The position numbers were made by a program, and so were the translations under genes. The notes under the pieces were generated by a model. That model saw nothing but the letters and a program-made list of their open reading frames with translations, was not told the origin of the DNA and made no database searches. Shown here in pieces: positions 8,992-19,012 of a stretch of 62,613 nt of DNA (within the stretch, counting starts at the first letter, position 1; each line of letters starts with the position of its first letter). The DNA comes from Bacteroidota bacterium (GTDB taxonomy: Bacteria; Bacteroidota; Bacteroidia; Chitinophagales; BACL12), in assembly GCA_031372705.1 (NCBI GenBank), contig JANMLV010000284.1:1-62613 (forward strand), written 5' to 3'.

Positions 8992-8999
8992 CAAAGGTA
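8992..8999 (-). promoter_or_regulatory. -7 promoter element of the PpiD-like gene
   Basis: TACCTTTG on the minus strand, 36 nt upstream of the ATG. Confidence 0.6.
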
Positions 9000-9053
9000 G
9001 TGGATGGGATGTGGAAAACCAAAACCCAAGCCCTTTACAGGTGTTTTTTTGCA

Positions 9054-9308
9054 CTATTTTGGTGTTTGCGATTGGTCAGCATGTGCTGCATCCTCTTTTT
9101 TGCGGTAGTAATTTTCGAGATATTTCCGGTTCTTTTTCTTAAAACGATACATGAAATACGCGATTCCGGCAGTAAAAATGGTTATGTAAACATACGAGCC
9201 GTAAGCCTCGCCGTTAATAGCTTTGGTAATTGCCAAGGTAAGTGCTATAACGGCTACAACGAGCCACATTACCTCAAAAATTTTCATCAATCTTAAATAT
9301 CCGTGCAT
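9054..9308 (-). CDS. Small membrane protein with two TM segments
   Basis: Two hydrophobic helices followed by a basic tail; downstream of gldC. Confidence 0.7.
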   Translation of the reverse strand: MHGYLRLMKIFEVMWLVVAVIALTLAITKAINGEAYGSYVYITIFTAGIAYFMYRFKKKNRKYLENYYRKKEDAAHADQSQTPK

Positions 9309-9399
9309 TGCAAGTTGGTTTTTATGAATACGAACATATTTTAATTAAACATCAATTTATCGATTTTGTTGCCTTCCACATGTTATCGCTTAAAAATCC

Positions 9400-9738
9400 T
9401 TACTTCCGTTTAATCAAGCCTGCTTTTTCTCCAAAACTAAAGGCGAAATCTCTAATTAAGTGCACAATTTCTTCGTTTTGGTTGGCGCGTTTATAGGTGT
9501 CGGACATGGTCATAAAGGTTTCAAAGAAAAATTTATCCATCTCATCCTGACGCATTTCTTTCGTCCATAAGTCGATTCTTAGCGATTCTTCCGTTTTTTC
9601 ATCATACAAGCTCAGCATAAACGCCTTGCAATTAGCAGGAGCCGTCATGTTACTGTCGCTAGCCATCCAGCTTATATTTTCCGGCACATTACTTTCGTCT
9701 AGCGTAATCTTTAACTCTATTTGCGATGTTTTGCCCAT
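9400..9738 (-). CDS. gldC: Gliding motility protein GldC
   Basis: ITLDESNVPENISWMASD and RIDLWTKEMRQDEMDKFFFET motifs. Confidence 0.9.
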   Translation of the reverse strand: MGKTSQIELKITLDESNVPENISWMASDSNMTAPANCKAFMLSLYDEKTEESLRIDLWTKEMRQDEMDKFFFETFMTMSDTYKRANQNEEIVHLIRDFAFSFGEKAGLIKRK

Positions 9739-9890
9739 GTTATTGTTTCTATTTTGGCACGAAATTAGTCATTATAGGTTACCAAAACCATGCTGAAGGA
9801 TATCAATTGCTTCAAAAAAGAATTTAACAACAAGCAATTTGCACCTTAAGCTAAACTGACCTAACTTTAAACCAAATCAGCACATACCAA

Positions 9891-10208
9891 ATGAAACGTT
9901 TACCATTATTTATTGCCGCTATTTTCTTTTTCGCCGCTTTTGCTTCAAAAGGCCAGGTAGTATATGTTACCGAATGGAAAAGCGAAGCCAACAAAAAGGT
10001 TTATGTAACCGACATGCCCTCAGAAGCTGACGTAATTGTTTTCAAAAGCGAATGGAAAAGCGACGCAACCGACGATTCAGGCATTTGGTTCTTTACTGAA
10101 TGGAAAACGGAAGCCGACGTGTTGATTTATTTTACCGAATGGCGCAGTGAAGCCGACTTGGTAATCTGCTATACTACTTACAAAGGCGAAGCGGGCAAAC
10201 GCAAATAA
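9891..10208 (+). CDS. Secreted DUF6150-like protein
   Basis: Signal peptide followed by repeated [VF]TEW[KR]SEAD units. Confidence 0.7.
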   Translation: MKRLPLFIAAIFFFAAFASKGQVVYVTEWKSEANKKVYVTDMPSEADVIVFKSEWKSDATDDSGIWFFTEWKTEADVLIYFTEWRSEADLVICYTTYKGEAGKRK

Positions 10209-10265
10209 AGCTCCTGCATTAGAATTAACTCTCGCTGATATCTATTTTTTAGCGAATTTCGCACT

Positions 10266-11006
10266 GTGAATCTCGTTTTAGATATAGGTAATACCAAGCA
10301 TAAAATGGCCATTTTTGATGGCAATACCTTGGTTTCACTCGAAATTACCGAGCAATTATTGCCTGAACATCTTGAACAAACACTCCAAAATTTTCAGGTA
10401 TCGCATGGTATTTTGTGCTCAGTTGACCATTATGACGAAAATTTGGCGGCTGCTTTGAGCGAAAATATCCCTGTTATTCAATTGTCACACTCCACCTTAT
10501 TGCCCATTACAAACGCTTATGCCACACCAACCACGCTGGGAAAAGACCGCTTATCGGCCGCAGTTGGAGCAAATGCCTTGTTTCCGGGGAAAAATGTATT
10601 GAGTATTGATGCAGGCACTTGTATAAAATATGATTTTATAGATAGCCATGCCGTTTATCACGGTGGTGCCATTTCTCCGGGTTTAAACATGCGATTAAAG
10701 GCCATGCACAATTTTACCGCAAGATTGCCGTTAATAGTGGCGTCAAACTTAGCTGAAACGCCCTTAACAAAGCTGATTGGCAACGATACCAACGCTTCAA
10801 TGCTATCCGGCGCTTTAAATGGTGCCCTTTTTGAAGTGGAGGGAACAATTTCGGCTTATATGGAAAAATATAGCGATTTAGTGGTGGTTATAACCGGTGG
10901 AGATGCTGCTTTCTTTGAATTGCATGCGAAAAGCCGGATATTTGCACGCCCAAATCTAGTTTTGGAAGGATTAAATACTATTCTTAATTATAATATCGAT
11001 AACTAA
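10266..11006 (+). CDS. coaX: Type III pantothenate kinase
   Basis: LDIGNT, TLGKDR, IDAGTC and GGAISPG motifs. Confidence 0.95.
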   Translation: MNLVLDIGNTKHKMAIFDGNTLVSLEITEQLLPEHLEQTLQNFQVSHGILCSVDHYDENLAAALSENIPVIQLSHSTLLPITNAYATPTTLGKDRLSAAVGANALFPGKNVLSIDAGTCIKYDFIDSHAVYHGGAISPGLNMRLKAMHNFTARLPLIVASNLAETPLTKLIGNDTNASMLSGALNGALFEVEGTISAYMEKYSDLVVVITGGDAAFFELHAKSRIFARPNLVLEGLNTILNYNIDN

Positions 11007-12433
11007 TGCAATTGCGACGTATTCCCCTGTTTATTTTATTTTTTACAATAACGGCACTATCGGCTCAGGTAAATTCACCTTATTCAAGATATGGGTTGGG
11101 AAATATTTTTCCGACCACTTTTGGTGCTTCCAGCGGAATGGCGGGATTTTCGGCAACGTATTTTACGCCTACCAATATCAATTATCAAAATCCGGCATCT
11201 TACGGTGAATTAGGTTTTGCAACTTTTGATGTGGGCGCTTATGGCAATGTGCTTACCATTGAAGATGATATAGAAAAGTTTACTTCCGGAGATGGCAATT
11301 TATCCTATATGGCATTCGGTTTTCCAATTCTTAAAAAATCGCGCAACCATAAATTGGGGATGAGCTTTGGATTAATACCTTACAGTGCATTTCAATATGA
11401 TATTATCGAAGAACAACCAACCGATGATCCACTTTTGGGAACTATAGAATATAATTATGTAGGTAACGGAAAACTTTATCAATTTTATGGTGGGTTAGGA
11501 TATAAATTTACTACCGATACCGTTCAACGCACTAAAGAAATAGACGGTGTTTTAGATACGATTATTTCTACGAATTTATTCAGCATCGGCGGAAATGCAG
11601 CGCAAGTTTTTGGTTCGCTGTTTAATATTACTTATGCATCATTTCCCGATCAATCGAGTTCACAAACAACTAAATTAACGCGCGACAATAGAATTAGCGG
11701 TGGCATTTATAATTATGGTGTTGCTTATCAAAAACAATATATCAGAAAACAAGCTACAAATCGCGATTATTTTGTTTGGCGTTTTGGTGGTGCTATGAGT
11801 CCCGAAATTGGTGTGAGTGGAAGGCAATCTGTTACCTGGACAAACATTATTAAAATCGGGAATTTCGAAGCTGTAAACGATACCATTTATGCAGAACCTG
11901 ATACATCAGGAAATATTATAATTCCTGCATCTTTTCAGGGTGGATTATCATTTAGTTTTTTCACCACAGAAATGGAAAATAAAAATCAATTTACCATAGG
12001 CGCACAATATGCAAGAACCATGTGGAGCCAATACGAAGGCTTTCAAGATGCCGGAACATTGGGCGATAGTTGGAGGGCATCAATTTGTGCAGAAATATTA
12101 ACCAAGGTGAAAAAAAATGCAACAACCGGCGATAAATCACAACGCGTTTATAATAAAGCTCCTTATGCCATTCGATTTGGTGCTTATACCGGCCAAAGCA
12201 ATTTAATTATTGATGGTGTTCAATTAAACGACAGAGGCGTAACTGCAGGTCTTGCTATTCCAATTGGAATCGGTAAAGAAACGCAACCAACTTTTAGAAA
12301 TTCCAGATTAAATTTATTTTTAAATGCAGGTCAGCGTGGAAGTAATACACCAATAACAGAAACGTATTATAATTTTGGAATTGGTATTACGTTTGTCGAC
12401 TTAGGTTGGTTCCAAGAATATAAATTAAATTAA
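11006..12433 (+). CDS. Outer-membrane beta-barrel protein (FadL/PorV-like), conserved between coaX and lptC
   Basis: Signal peptide, NSPYSRYGLG, NPASY motif and alternating beta-strand pattern at the C-terminus. Confidence 0.7.
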   Translation: MQLRRIPLFILFFTITALSAQVNSPYSRYGLGNIFPTTFGASSGMAGFSATYFTPTNINYQNPASYGELGFATFDVGAYGNVLTIEDDIEKFTSGDGNLSYMAFGFPILKKSRNHKLGMSFGLIPYSAFQYDIIEEQPTDDPLLGTIEYNYVGNGKLYQFYGGLGYKFTTDTVQRTKEIDGVLDTIISTNLFSIGGNAAQVFGSLFNITYASFPDQSSSQTTKLTRDNRISGGIYNYGVAYQKQYIRKQATNRDYFVWRFGGAMSPEIGVSGRQSVTWTNIIKIGNFEAVNDTIYAEPDTSGNIIIPASFQGGLSFSFFTTEMENKNQFTIGAQYARTMWSQYEGFQDAGTLGDSWRASICAEILTKVKKNATTGDKSQRVYNKAPYAIRFGAYTGQSNLIIDGVQLNDRGVTAGLAIPIGIGKETQPTFRNSRLNLFLNAGQRGSNTPITETYYNFGIGITFVDLGWFQEYKLN

Positions 12434-12499
12434 CACTGCTTACATTTTTGGTAATTAAATAAACTGACTTATTGTGATGGTTTCTATAACATTAAAACA

Positions 12500-13078
12500 A
12501 TGAGCAAACTTTTTACATACCAATTGCAAAAACGATTAATTATTAATCCGTTATTTATTTGCCTCAGCTGCAGTGTTTTTTTGTCGGCATGCGTTAATGA
12601 TATTGATGAAGTAAATAAAACTACTAAACTTGCCGAACCCGGTATTGAACGGGGAAAAGATATCGAATTATATTATAGCGAAAACGGAGGTGTAAAAGTA
12701 AAAGTTACTGCTCCAACGGTAATTCGTTTTTTAACACCACCACCATACACCGAATTTGATAATGGCTTGCGTGTCGATTTTTATAACGACAGCATGCGCG
12801 TTACCAGTTGGCTCACGGCAAACTATGGCATCAGATACGAAAGTGAAGCCAAAACAATTTTGCGCAACGACGTTCAAGTAGTAAACGAAAATAACGAGCA
12901 CCTCAGTACCGAAGAATTAATTTGGGATGAAAAAAGACATATTATCTACTCCGAAAAATTTGTAAAAATTACAACTCCCGACCAAGTAATTTACGGCGAA
13001 GGCATGGAAGCCGATGAGCAACTCACCAAATACATTATCAAAAAACCTCAGGGAACCATTAGAACGGATATGGAATAG
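12500..13078 (+). CDS. lptC: LPS export periplasmic protein LptC
   Basis: EF..GL.VDFY, LSTEELIWDE and YSEKFVKIT..IYGEGMEAD patterns of the LptC beta-jellyroll. Confidence 0.85.
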   Translation: MSKLFTYQLQKRLIINPLFICLSCSVFLSACVNDIDEVNKTTKLAEPGIERGKDIELYYSENGGVKVKVTAPTVIRFLTPPPYTEFDNGLRVDFYNDSMRVTSWLTANYGIRYESEAKTILRNDVQVVNENNEHLSTEELIWDEKRHIIYSEKFVKITTPDQVIYGEGMEADEQLTKYIIKKPQGTIRTDME

Positions 13079-13081
13079 CCG

Positions 13082-13201
13082 TTTCACGCGGAGGAAGGGA
13101 GAGGCGGAGAAAGCGGAGTGATTCTTGAATGTTGAACCGAAGCCATTGGTATGGTTTATTTCACGCGGAGAGAGGGAGTAGCGGAGAACGCGGAGGTGAT
13201 T
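13082..13201. repeat. Two imperfect ~42-bp purine-rich direct repeats
   Basis: TTTCACGCGGAGgaAGGGAGagGCGGAGAAaGCGGAG-TGATT (from 13082) and TTTCACGCGGAGagAGGGAGtaGCGGAGAAcGCGGAGgTGATT (from 13159). Confidence 0.8.
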
Positions 13202-13285
13202 ATTATTACAATAAGCTATTCTAGTTTATTATAAGTGGTAAATTTGCATAAACAGCAAAATCCCAATTGCTGTAAAATATTTTAC

Positions 13286-14056
13286 ATGGTACACAAAAAA
13301 TACAAAATAGGCATTACGTTATCCGGTGGAGGTGCAAAGGGCGTTGCACATATTGGTGTGTTGCAAGCGTTAGAGAGCGCCGGAATTTTTCCCGAAATTA
13401 TTTCAGGATGCAGTGCAGGAGCGATGGTGGGAGCATTATACGCTGCCGGATTTTCGCCACGCGATATTTATAAATTAATTGAACATCGCAGCTTGTATAG
13501 TATAATTAAAATGGGCTTGCCTAATAAAGGCATGATGGAACTTGGATATTTCAAAAAAATTCTAGCTGAAAATATTGAACACGATAGTTTCGAAAAATTG
13601 AATATGCCATTTTATTGCGTGGTAACCAATTTGAATACCGGCGAATACGAAATTGCAAGTGAAGGCAAATTGAGCGATTATGTTATTGCATCGCAAAGTA
13701 TACCATTGGTTTTTAAACCACAAAAAATTGGCGACAGTTTGTATGTTGACGGCGGTGTATTAAATAATTTACCGGTAGAATGTATTCGCGAACAATGCGA
13801 TATATTAATAGGCGTTAATGTGAATCCGGTTTCATATACCGACAAGCTTAGCGGCATGCGTGATGTTGGGTTTCGTGTATTAAATTTATCGCTAAAAATA
13901 AATATGGAAAAACGCATACAGCTATGCGATTATATTATTGAACCACATACCGAAGATTTTTCAATTTTCGACATCAACAAATCGAAAATTATTTATGATG
14001 CAGGTTATGAAGCCGCATTGCCGGTTGCCGAAAAATTAGCAAGCCATATCAATTAG
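13286..14056 (+). CDS. Patatin-like phospholipase
   Basis: LSGGGAKG, GCSAG (nucleophile Ser) and DGG motifs; start placed at MVHKK. Confidence 0.92.
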   Translation: MVHKKYKIGITLSGGGAKGVAHIGVLQALESAGIFPEIISGCSAGAMVGALYAAGFSPRDIYKLIEHRSLYSIIKMGLPNKGMMELGYFKKILAENIEHDSFEKLNMPFYCVVTNLNTGEYEIASEGKLSDYVIASQSIPLVFKPQKIGDSLYVDGGVLNNLPVECIREQCDILIGVNVNPVSYTDKLSGMRDVGFRVLNLSLKINMEKRIQLCDYIIEPHTEDFSIFDINKSKIIYDAGYEAALPVAEKLASHIN

Positions 14057-14103
14057 CGAGCAATTTTATGTTAATGATTATCTTTACAAATAAATAAAAT
14101 AGT

Positions 14104-14622
14104 ATGCCATTAATTCTTCCTGTAAACAATAAAGCACCTCAATTTGGTGAAAACTGCTATCTCGCCGAAAACGCAACTGTTGTTGGCGAAGTTACCATGG
14201 GAAATAATTGCAGTGTATGGTTTAATGCGGTGGTGCGCGGTGATGTAAATGCAATTGTTATTGGCAATAAAGTGAATATTCAAGACAATGCCGTAATTCA
14301 TTGCACCTATCAACAAGCAGCTACTACAATTGGCGATAATGTTTCTATAGGACATAATGCAATTGTACACGGATGCACGATTCACGATAATGTATTAGTT
14401 GGAATGGGTGCAATTGTGATGGACCACGCTGTTGTAAATTCTAATGTTTTAATTGCTGCAGGAAGTGTAGTGCTGGAAAATTCAGTTTTAGAAAGTGGAT
14501 TTATTTATGGCGGTGTTCCGTCTAAAAAATTGAAACCATTGAGCGAAGAAACATTTAAGCATAATATTGATAGAATTGCTAATAATTATATCATGTACAG
14601 TTCATGGTATAAACCGAGTTAA
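14104..14622 (+). CDS. Gamma carbonic anhydrase family protein
   Basis: Hexapeptide repeats with the His ligands in NIQDNAVIH..IGHNAIVHGC. Confidence 0.92.
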   Translation: MPLILPVNNKAPQFGENCYLAENATVVGEVTMGNNCSVWFNAVVRGDVNAIVIGNKVNIQDNAVIHCTYQQAATTIGDNVSIGHNAIVHGCTIHDNVLVGMGAIVMDHAVVNSNVLIAAGSVVLENSVLESGFIYGGVPSKKLKPLSEETFKHNIDRIANNYIMYSSWYKPS

Positions 14623-14648
14623 TTAGAGGTGATACGTCCTCGTCTGTC

Positions 14649-14798
14649 CGCGTCGTGGTCTGCGACCCGACGCAATATTAATGTCAAAACGGAGCCTATT
14701 CTATAAATGTGCTTATACCATACTGTCGCCCCTACAGGGCTAAAACGTTCGCGTCGTGGTCTATGACCCGACGCAATAAAAATGTCAAAACGGAGCCT
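14649..14798. repeat. Two 49-bp REP-like hairpin direct repeats
   Basis: 14649-14697 and 14750-14798 are 45/49 identical; each folds as GCGTCG(T)GGTC-nnn-GACC-CGACGC. The 52-nt spacer contains GCCCCTACAGGGC. Confidence 0.85.
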
Positions 14799-14821
14799 TC
14801 CTAATCAAACGTTACTTAGAA

Positions 14822-15706
14822 TTAATTTCTTTGATCAACACCAAGTCCAAGTTTATTGCGAAGTGTATCTAAAAAATTTTGTTCGTTGGGGCGAATTAAT
14901 GCGATGGTGAAATTTTCTTTGCGCACTGCTAATTGGACAGATGCATCTACTGTTTCGAAGCGACTATCAAGCGTAACCAAAAAATGTTCGCTGCGACCTT
15001 CAATTTCGAAACTGATAACCGATTCATCGGAAACAACAATTGGACGAATATTTAAATTATGCGGTGCAACGGGTGTGATAACAAAATTTTCGGATGAAGG
15101 GAAAATAATTGGTCCGCCGCAACTTAATGAATAACCCGTTGAGCCGGTTGGTGTTGATAAAATTAAACCATCGGCCCAATAGCTCATTAAAAATTCACCA
15201 TTAATATAAGTGTGAATGGTAATCATTGCCGACGAATCTTTTTTGTGGATAGTAAATTCGTTTAATGCAAAATTATCGCCGCCAAATAAATTAGGTAGAT
15301 TAGAATCGAGGTGAATAAGTGTGCGTTCATCTAACGAAAAAGTGCCTTGCACTAATGCTTCAATCATATTGGCAATCCCATCTTTACCAATGCTTGCCAA
15401 AAATCCTAAGCGGCCGATATTAATACCAACAATTGGCACTTTAGTATCTTTTACAATAGTAATAGTATCTAACAAAGTGCCATCGCCACCAACGCTAAAT
15501 ATAAAGTCGATTGAGGCAATTATGCTTTTATCGTTTTCATAAAATATTTGCGGCTGCTCAACAAATTGAATATTATTAATTAAATGCGGATAATAATCTT
15601 CGTGAATTAAAAAGTGAATATTGTGTGCAGATAATAAATCGAAGAGTTGTTGCACATAAGGCAATGCATCTTTTTTTATTAATCTTCCGTAAATAGCAAC
15701 CTGCAT
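14822..15706 (-). CDS. nadK: NAD kinase
   Basis: GGDGT, GINIGRLGFL, NE and TPTGSTGYSLSCGG motifs. Confidence 0.96.
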   Translation of the reverse strand: MQVAIYGRLIKKDALPYVQQLFDLLSAHNIHFLIHEDYYPHLINNIQFVEQPQIFYENDKSIIASIDFIFSVGGDGTLLDTITIVKDTKVPIVGINIGRLGFLASIGKDGIANMIEALVQGTFSLDERTLIHLDSNLPNLFGGDNFALNEFTIHKKDSSAMITIHTYINGEFLMSYWADGLILSTPTGSTGYSLSCGGPIIFPSSENFVITPVAPHNLNIRPIVVSDESVISFEIEGRSEHFLVTLDSRFETVDASVQLAVRKENFTIALIRPNEQNFLDTLRNKLGLGVDQRN

Positions 15707-15708
15707 AA

Positions 15709-16374
15709 TTAAATATTGAGATAATTCATTAATGAATCGTATCTGTCTTTAATAATTTCAACCATATCCGATTCCTGGAAATAGGCTTTTACCTGATATT
15801 TATATCGCTCTAAGGTGGCAACAATATGTTTTATTTCGGTGCTGTCAACTTTAATAGTAATGGCATATTTTCCTGTTTCGGGATCAATATTAAAATAAGA
15901 GCTGAGAATATGTGCGTCGTTGCCTTCAACAATTCTGGCAATATCGCTTAATACATAATCTGTTTTATTATTTAACTCGATAATTATTACTCCACCGGGT
16001 TCGCTAATGGAGCTCATTTTTGCGAAATTGTACAACAAACTCTGCAGTGTAATTAATCCCAAATAATGTTGCTCCGCATCCACAACCGGAATTACCGTGG
16101 TTTTTAAATTTGCTGCAACACGCAGCACTTCGTAAATATGTTCTGTATCTTTTACGAAAGGCTTGTAAAGATTTTTAAGAAATTTACCGAGTTGTTCGTG
16201 GGTGTTATTAAAATCTAAAATATCTTCCTCGCTCACGAGGCCAATATAATTTTGATGGTCGACCAAAGGAAGGTGTGAGAGTTTAAACTCATACATCCAT
16301 TCGATGGCCTTGTCTCCGGTATCTTTTATTTTTAGAGGAGGTATATTTTCAGATATAATGTCTTTTGCCAGCAC
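15709..16374 (-). CDS. CBS-domain protein
   Basis: Tandem CBS domains plus an ACT-like C-terminus; the usual Bacteroidota neighbour of nadK. Confidence 0.85.
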   Translation of the reverse strand: MLAKDIISENIPPLKIKDTGDKAIEWMYEFKLSHLPLVDHQNYIGLVSEEDILDFNNTHEQLGKFLKNLYKPFVKDTEHIYEVLRVAANLKTTVIPVVDAEQHYLGLITLQSLLYNFAKMSSISEPGGVIIIELNNKTDYVLSDIARIVEGNDAHILSSYFNIDPETGKYAITIKVDSTEIKHIVATLERYKYQVKAYFQESDMVEIIKDRYDSLMNYLNI

Positions 16375-16375
16375 T

Positions 16376-17134
16376 TTATTTTATTTCGTTTAGGAACTTA
16401 CCTAAATAACGATTAAACTCTTCAGGTTGTTCCATCATTGGTGCATGTCCGCATTTATCAATAAACAAAAGTTGCGAATTTGGTATCAATTTATGAAACT
16501 CCTCACCAACAAATGGCGGCGTTATGGTATCGTTATTACCCCAAATGAGCAAAGTTGGTGCCGTAATTTTTGATACCTCTTCTGTCAGGTTTTGGCGAAT
16601 AGCACTTTTAGCTGTTGCTAAAACGCGAATTACTTTATTTCTATCGTTAACAATATCAAAAAGCTCGTCTACCAGCTCCTTAGAAGCAAATTTTGGGTCG
16701 TAAAAGGTGAGTTCTGCTTTTTTCTTGATGTATTCGTAGTCGCCTCGCTTTGGATAAGTATCGCCCATGGCGCTTTCAAACAACCCTGAACTACCGGTTA
16801 GCACAACACCATTTATTTTGTCGGGATTGGCTAAAGCGTAAATCAATGCAATATGTCCGCCGAGTGAATTTCCCAACACTGTAACTTTATCATAACCTTT
16901 ATATGCCACAAAGCGCTCCACATAGTCAACGTATCCGCCCACTGTGGTTTCTTCAATTGGCAAATCATAAAGAGGCAATATCGGAATTACTACCTTATGT
17001 GTCTGCTTAAAACTTTCAATTATGTCAAAAAAATTACTGAGGGCACCAAACAATCCGTGCAACAACATCAGCACATCGCCTTCGCCCTCTTCTACGTATT
17101 TAAATCCGTTTTCTTCAATTATCGTGTGACTCAT
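16376..17134 (-). CDS. Alpha/beta hydrolase
   Basis: LHGLFG, GNSLGG (nucleophile) and CGHAP motifs; start placed at MSHTI. Confidence 0.9.
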   Translation of the reverse strand: MSHTIIEENGFKYVEEGEGDVLMLLHGLFGALSNFFDIIESFKQTHKVVIPILPLYDLPIEETTVGGYVDYVERFVAYKGYDKVTVLGNSLGGHIALIYALANPDKINGVVLTGSSGLFESAMGDTYPKRGDYEYIKKKAELTFYDPKFASKELVDELFDIVNDRNKVIRVLATAKSAIRQNLTEEVSKITAPTLLIWGNNDTITPPFVGEEFHKLIPNSQLLFIDKCGHAPMMEQPEEFNRYLGKFLNEIK

Positions 17135-17195
17135 ACCTATCAGTGAATCACAAAAATATGAATTTTGACTTGTTATTCGAGATTTTATCTGCAAT

Positions 17196-17768
17196 TCAAC
17201 GGCTAAAAGTGTCTAACCAGTTGGCCAGTAGTTGTTTTCCGCAGGGTGTAAGAATAGATTCAGGGTGAAATTGCACTCCGGTTAAAGGCAGGCTAACATG
17301 CTGCAAAGCCATTGGTTCATGGGTGTTTTGGGTTGATGCGGTTATGTGGATTGCAGCGGGAATATCGGAAATATTGAGACTGTGGTAACGCATTACCTCA
17401 GTTGGTGAAGGGATGTTTGCAAATAAACCGACACCGTTGTGCTCAATAATAGAGGTTTTGCCATGAAATGGGATGGGTGAGCGCGCCACAGTAGCCCCGA
17501 AATAAGCCCCCAGTGCCTGGTAGCCGAGGCAAACGCCTAAAATTGGTAAAGTGGTATGATAATGATGAATGAGGTCCATAGTGATGCCTGCATCTTCAGG
17601 ACGCTTGGGGCCGGGAGAGATTACAATACCTGAAATACCTAAATTGGCAGTTTCGGAAATTGTTATGGCATCATTTCGTTTCACTATAACAGTGGCGCCG
17701 CATTGCGATAAATAATCGTATAGATTGTAAGTAAAAGAATCGTAGTTATCGAGCAATAATATTTTCAT
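17196..17768 (-). CDS. pabA: Aminodeoxychorismate/anthranilate synthase component II (glutamine amidotransferase)
   Basis: DNYDSFTYN, SPGP, GVCLG, RYHSL and QFHPES motifs; pabA versus trpG cannot be decided from sequence alone. Confidence 0.85.
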   Translation of the reverse strand: MKILLLDNYDSFTYNLYDYLSQCGATVIVKRNDAITISETANLGISGIVISPGPKRPEDAGITMDLIHHYHTTLPILGVCLGYQALGAYFGATVARSPIPFHGKTSIIEHNGVGLFANIPSPTEVMRYHSLNISDIPAAIHITASTQNTHEPMALQHVSLPLTGVQFHPESILTPCGKQLLANWLDTFSR

Positions 17769-18316
17769 TGTTCGTTGTCGGTCGTGTGATTCATTTTAAA
17801 TTCATCGAACCAAATTTCCAGCGTATTGAAAACATTTTTCACCGGAGGAATAATATTGCCAATCAGCTCAATTGTTTTTGGTGCAAATGGTTCTACTTTT
17901 TCGAAAACGATGGAATCTTTTTTATTTTCCGGTTTAATTAATTCCATGTTGTTGAGATAAAATAAAATAGTGGAATATAACATCGTCCAAATAATTCCCC
18001 ATACCAATGCACCGGCAAGTTGATTAATAAAATTTAATTTAATTAATTTGAAAAAACTTTCCAGTGCATGTTCCAATAATCGAAATAATAAATAAATACC
18101 TAAAAAAACAGCAATAAAAGAAATAAGTGGTAAATACCTGAATGATATGTCGAACCAGCGGTCCAAATACAACGAAGCAAGTTCGCTCAGCCTTACTGCT
18201 GCAATAATTCCAATAATTAAAGCTAATAGCGAAACTATTGAATGTATAATGCCTTTTCGATACCCGTGAATGAGCGCCAATATTAAAATAATGGCAAATA
18301 TGATGTCGATTGTCAT
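17765..18316 (-). CDS. CvpA-family membrane protein
   Basis: IDIIF..GYRKGII pattern and four TM helices. Confidence 0.85.
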   Translation of the reverse strand: MTIDIIFAIILILALIHGYRKGIIHSIVSLLALIIGIIAAVRLSELASLYLDRWFDISFRYLPLISFIAVFLGIYLLFRLLEHALESFFKLIKLNFINQLAGALVWGIIWTMLYSTILFYLNNMELIKPENKKDSIVFEKVEPFAPKTIELIGNIIPPVKNVFNTLEIWFDEFKMNHTTDNEQ

Positions 18317-18390
18317 AATCGGGAAATTGTGTATTGAGCAATTAAAAAAATAAATAATCGACAAGCATTAGCTATCGAATAAATATATTA

Positions 18391-18843
18391 TTATGCCGTT
18401 AATAATTCCTTTACTAAAGTAGAAATCATTTTACCATCGGCTTTGCCTGCAAGTTGTTTTGATGCAGCACCCATTACTTTACCCATGTCTTGCGGACCTG
18501 TTGCGCCAACGTTAGCGATAATGGATTGTAAAACAGCGCGCACTTCATTTTCATCCATTTGTTTTGGTAAAAACTTTTCAATAACCGCAATTTCTTCCGC
18601 TTCAACAATAGCTAATTCGGGGCGATTTTGAGCAGTATAAATTTCTAAACTTTCTTTGCGTTGCTTTGCTAATTTGGTGAGCACCTGAATTTCTTTTTCT
18701 TCCGATAATTCATCGGCTGCACCTTTTTCGGTTTTGGCTAATAGCAATGCCGATTTGATGCCGCGTAATCCGCGTAAAGTAGCTTCTTCTTTGTTTTTCA
18801 TGGCAACTTTAATGCCTTCGTTAACCTGATCAAAAATGGACAT
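18391..18843 (-). CDS. GatB/YqeY domain protein
   Basis: KVAMKNK, KQRKES, EIAVIEKFLPKQM and DMGKVMG..LAGKADGK motifs. Confidence 0.92.
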   Translation of the reverse strand: MSIFDQVNEGIKVAMKNKEEATLRGLRGIKSALLLAKTEKGAADELSEEKEIQVLTKLAKQRKESLEIYTAQNRPELAIVEAEEIAVIEKFLPKQMDENEVRAVLQSIIANVGATGPQDMGKVMGAASKQLAGKADGKMISTLVKELLTA

Positions 18844-19012
18844 AGTAATAATATTATAGGGCAAATTTCGCGATTTATTGTGAGTTATTGAAATGGATTT
18901 TGGGTCGATTTTCGGTTTTGGGTTAATGCAACTGCATTCAAATATTAAATATTTTCGTTTTACCGAACAAAAGTTTATTAATTTCTATTACATATGTCAC
19001 TAACTTCACAGC

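Noticed and set aside
14649-14798. CRISPR array
   Set aside because: Only two 49-bp units, no cas genes or leader; the hairpin form fits REP-like elements better.
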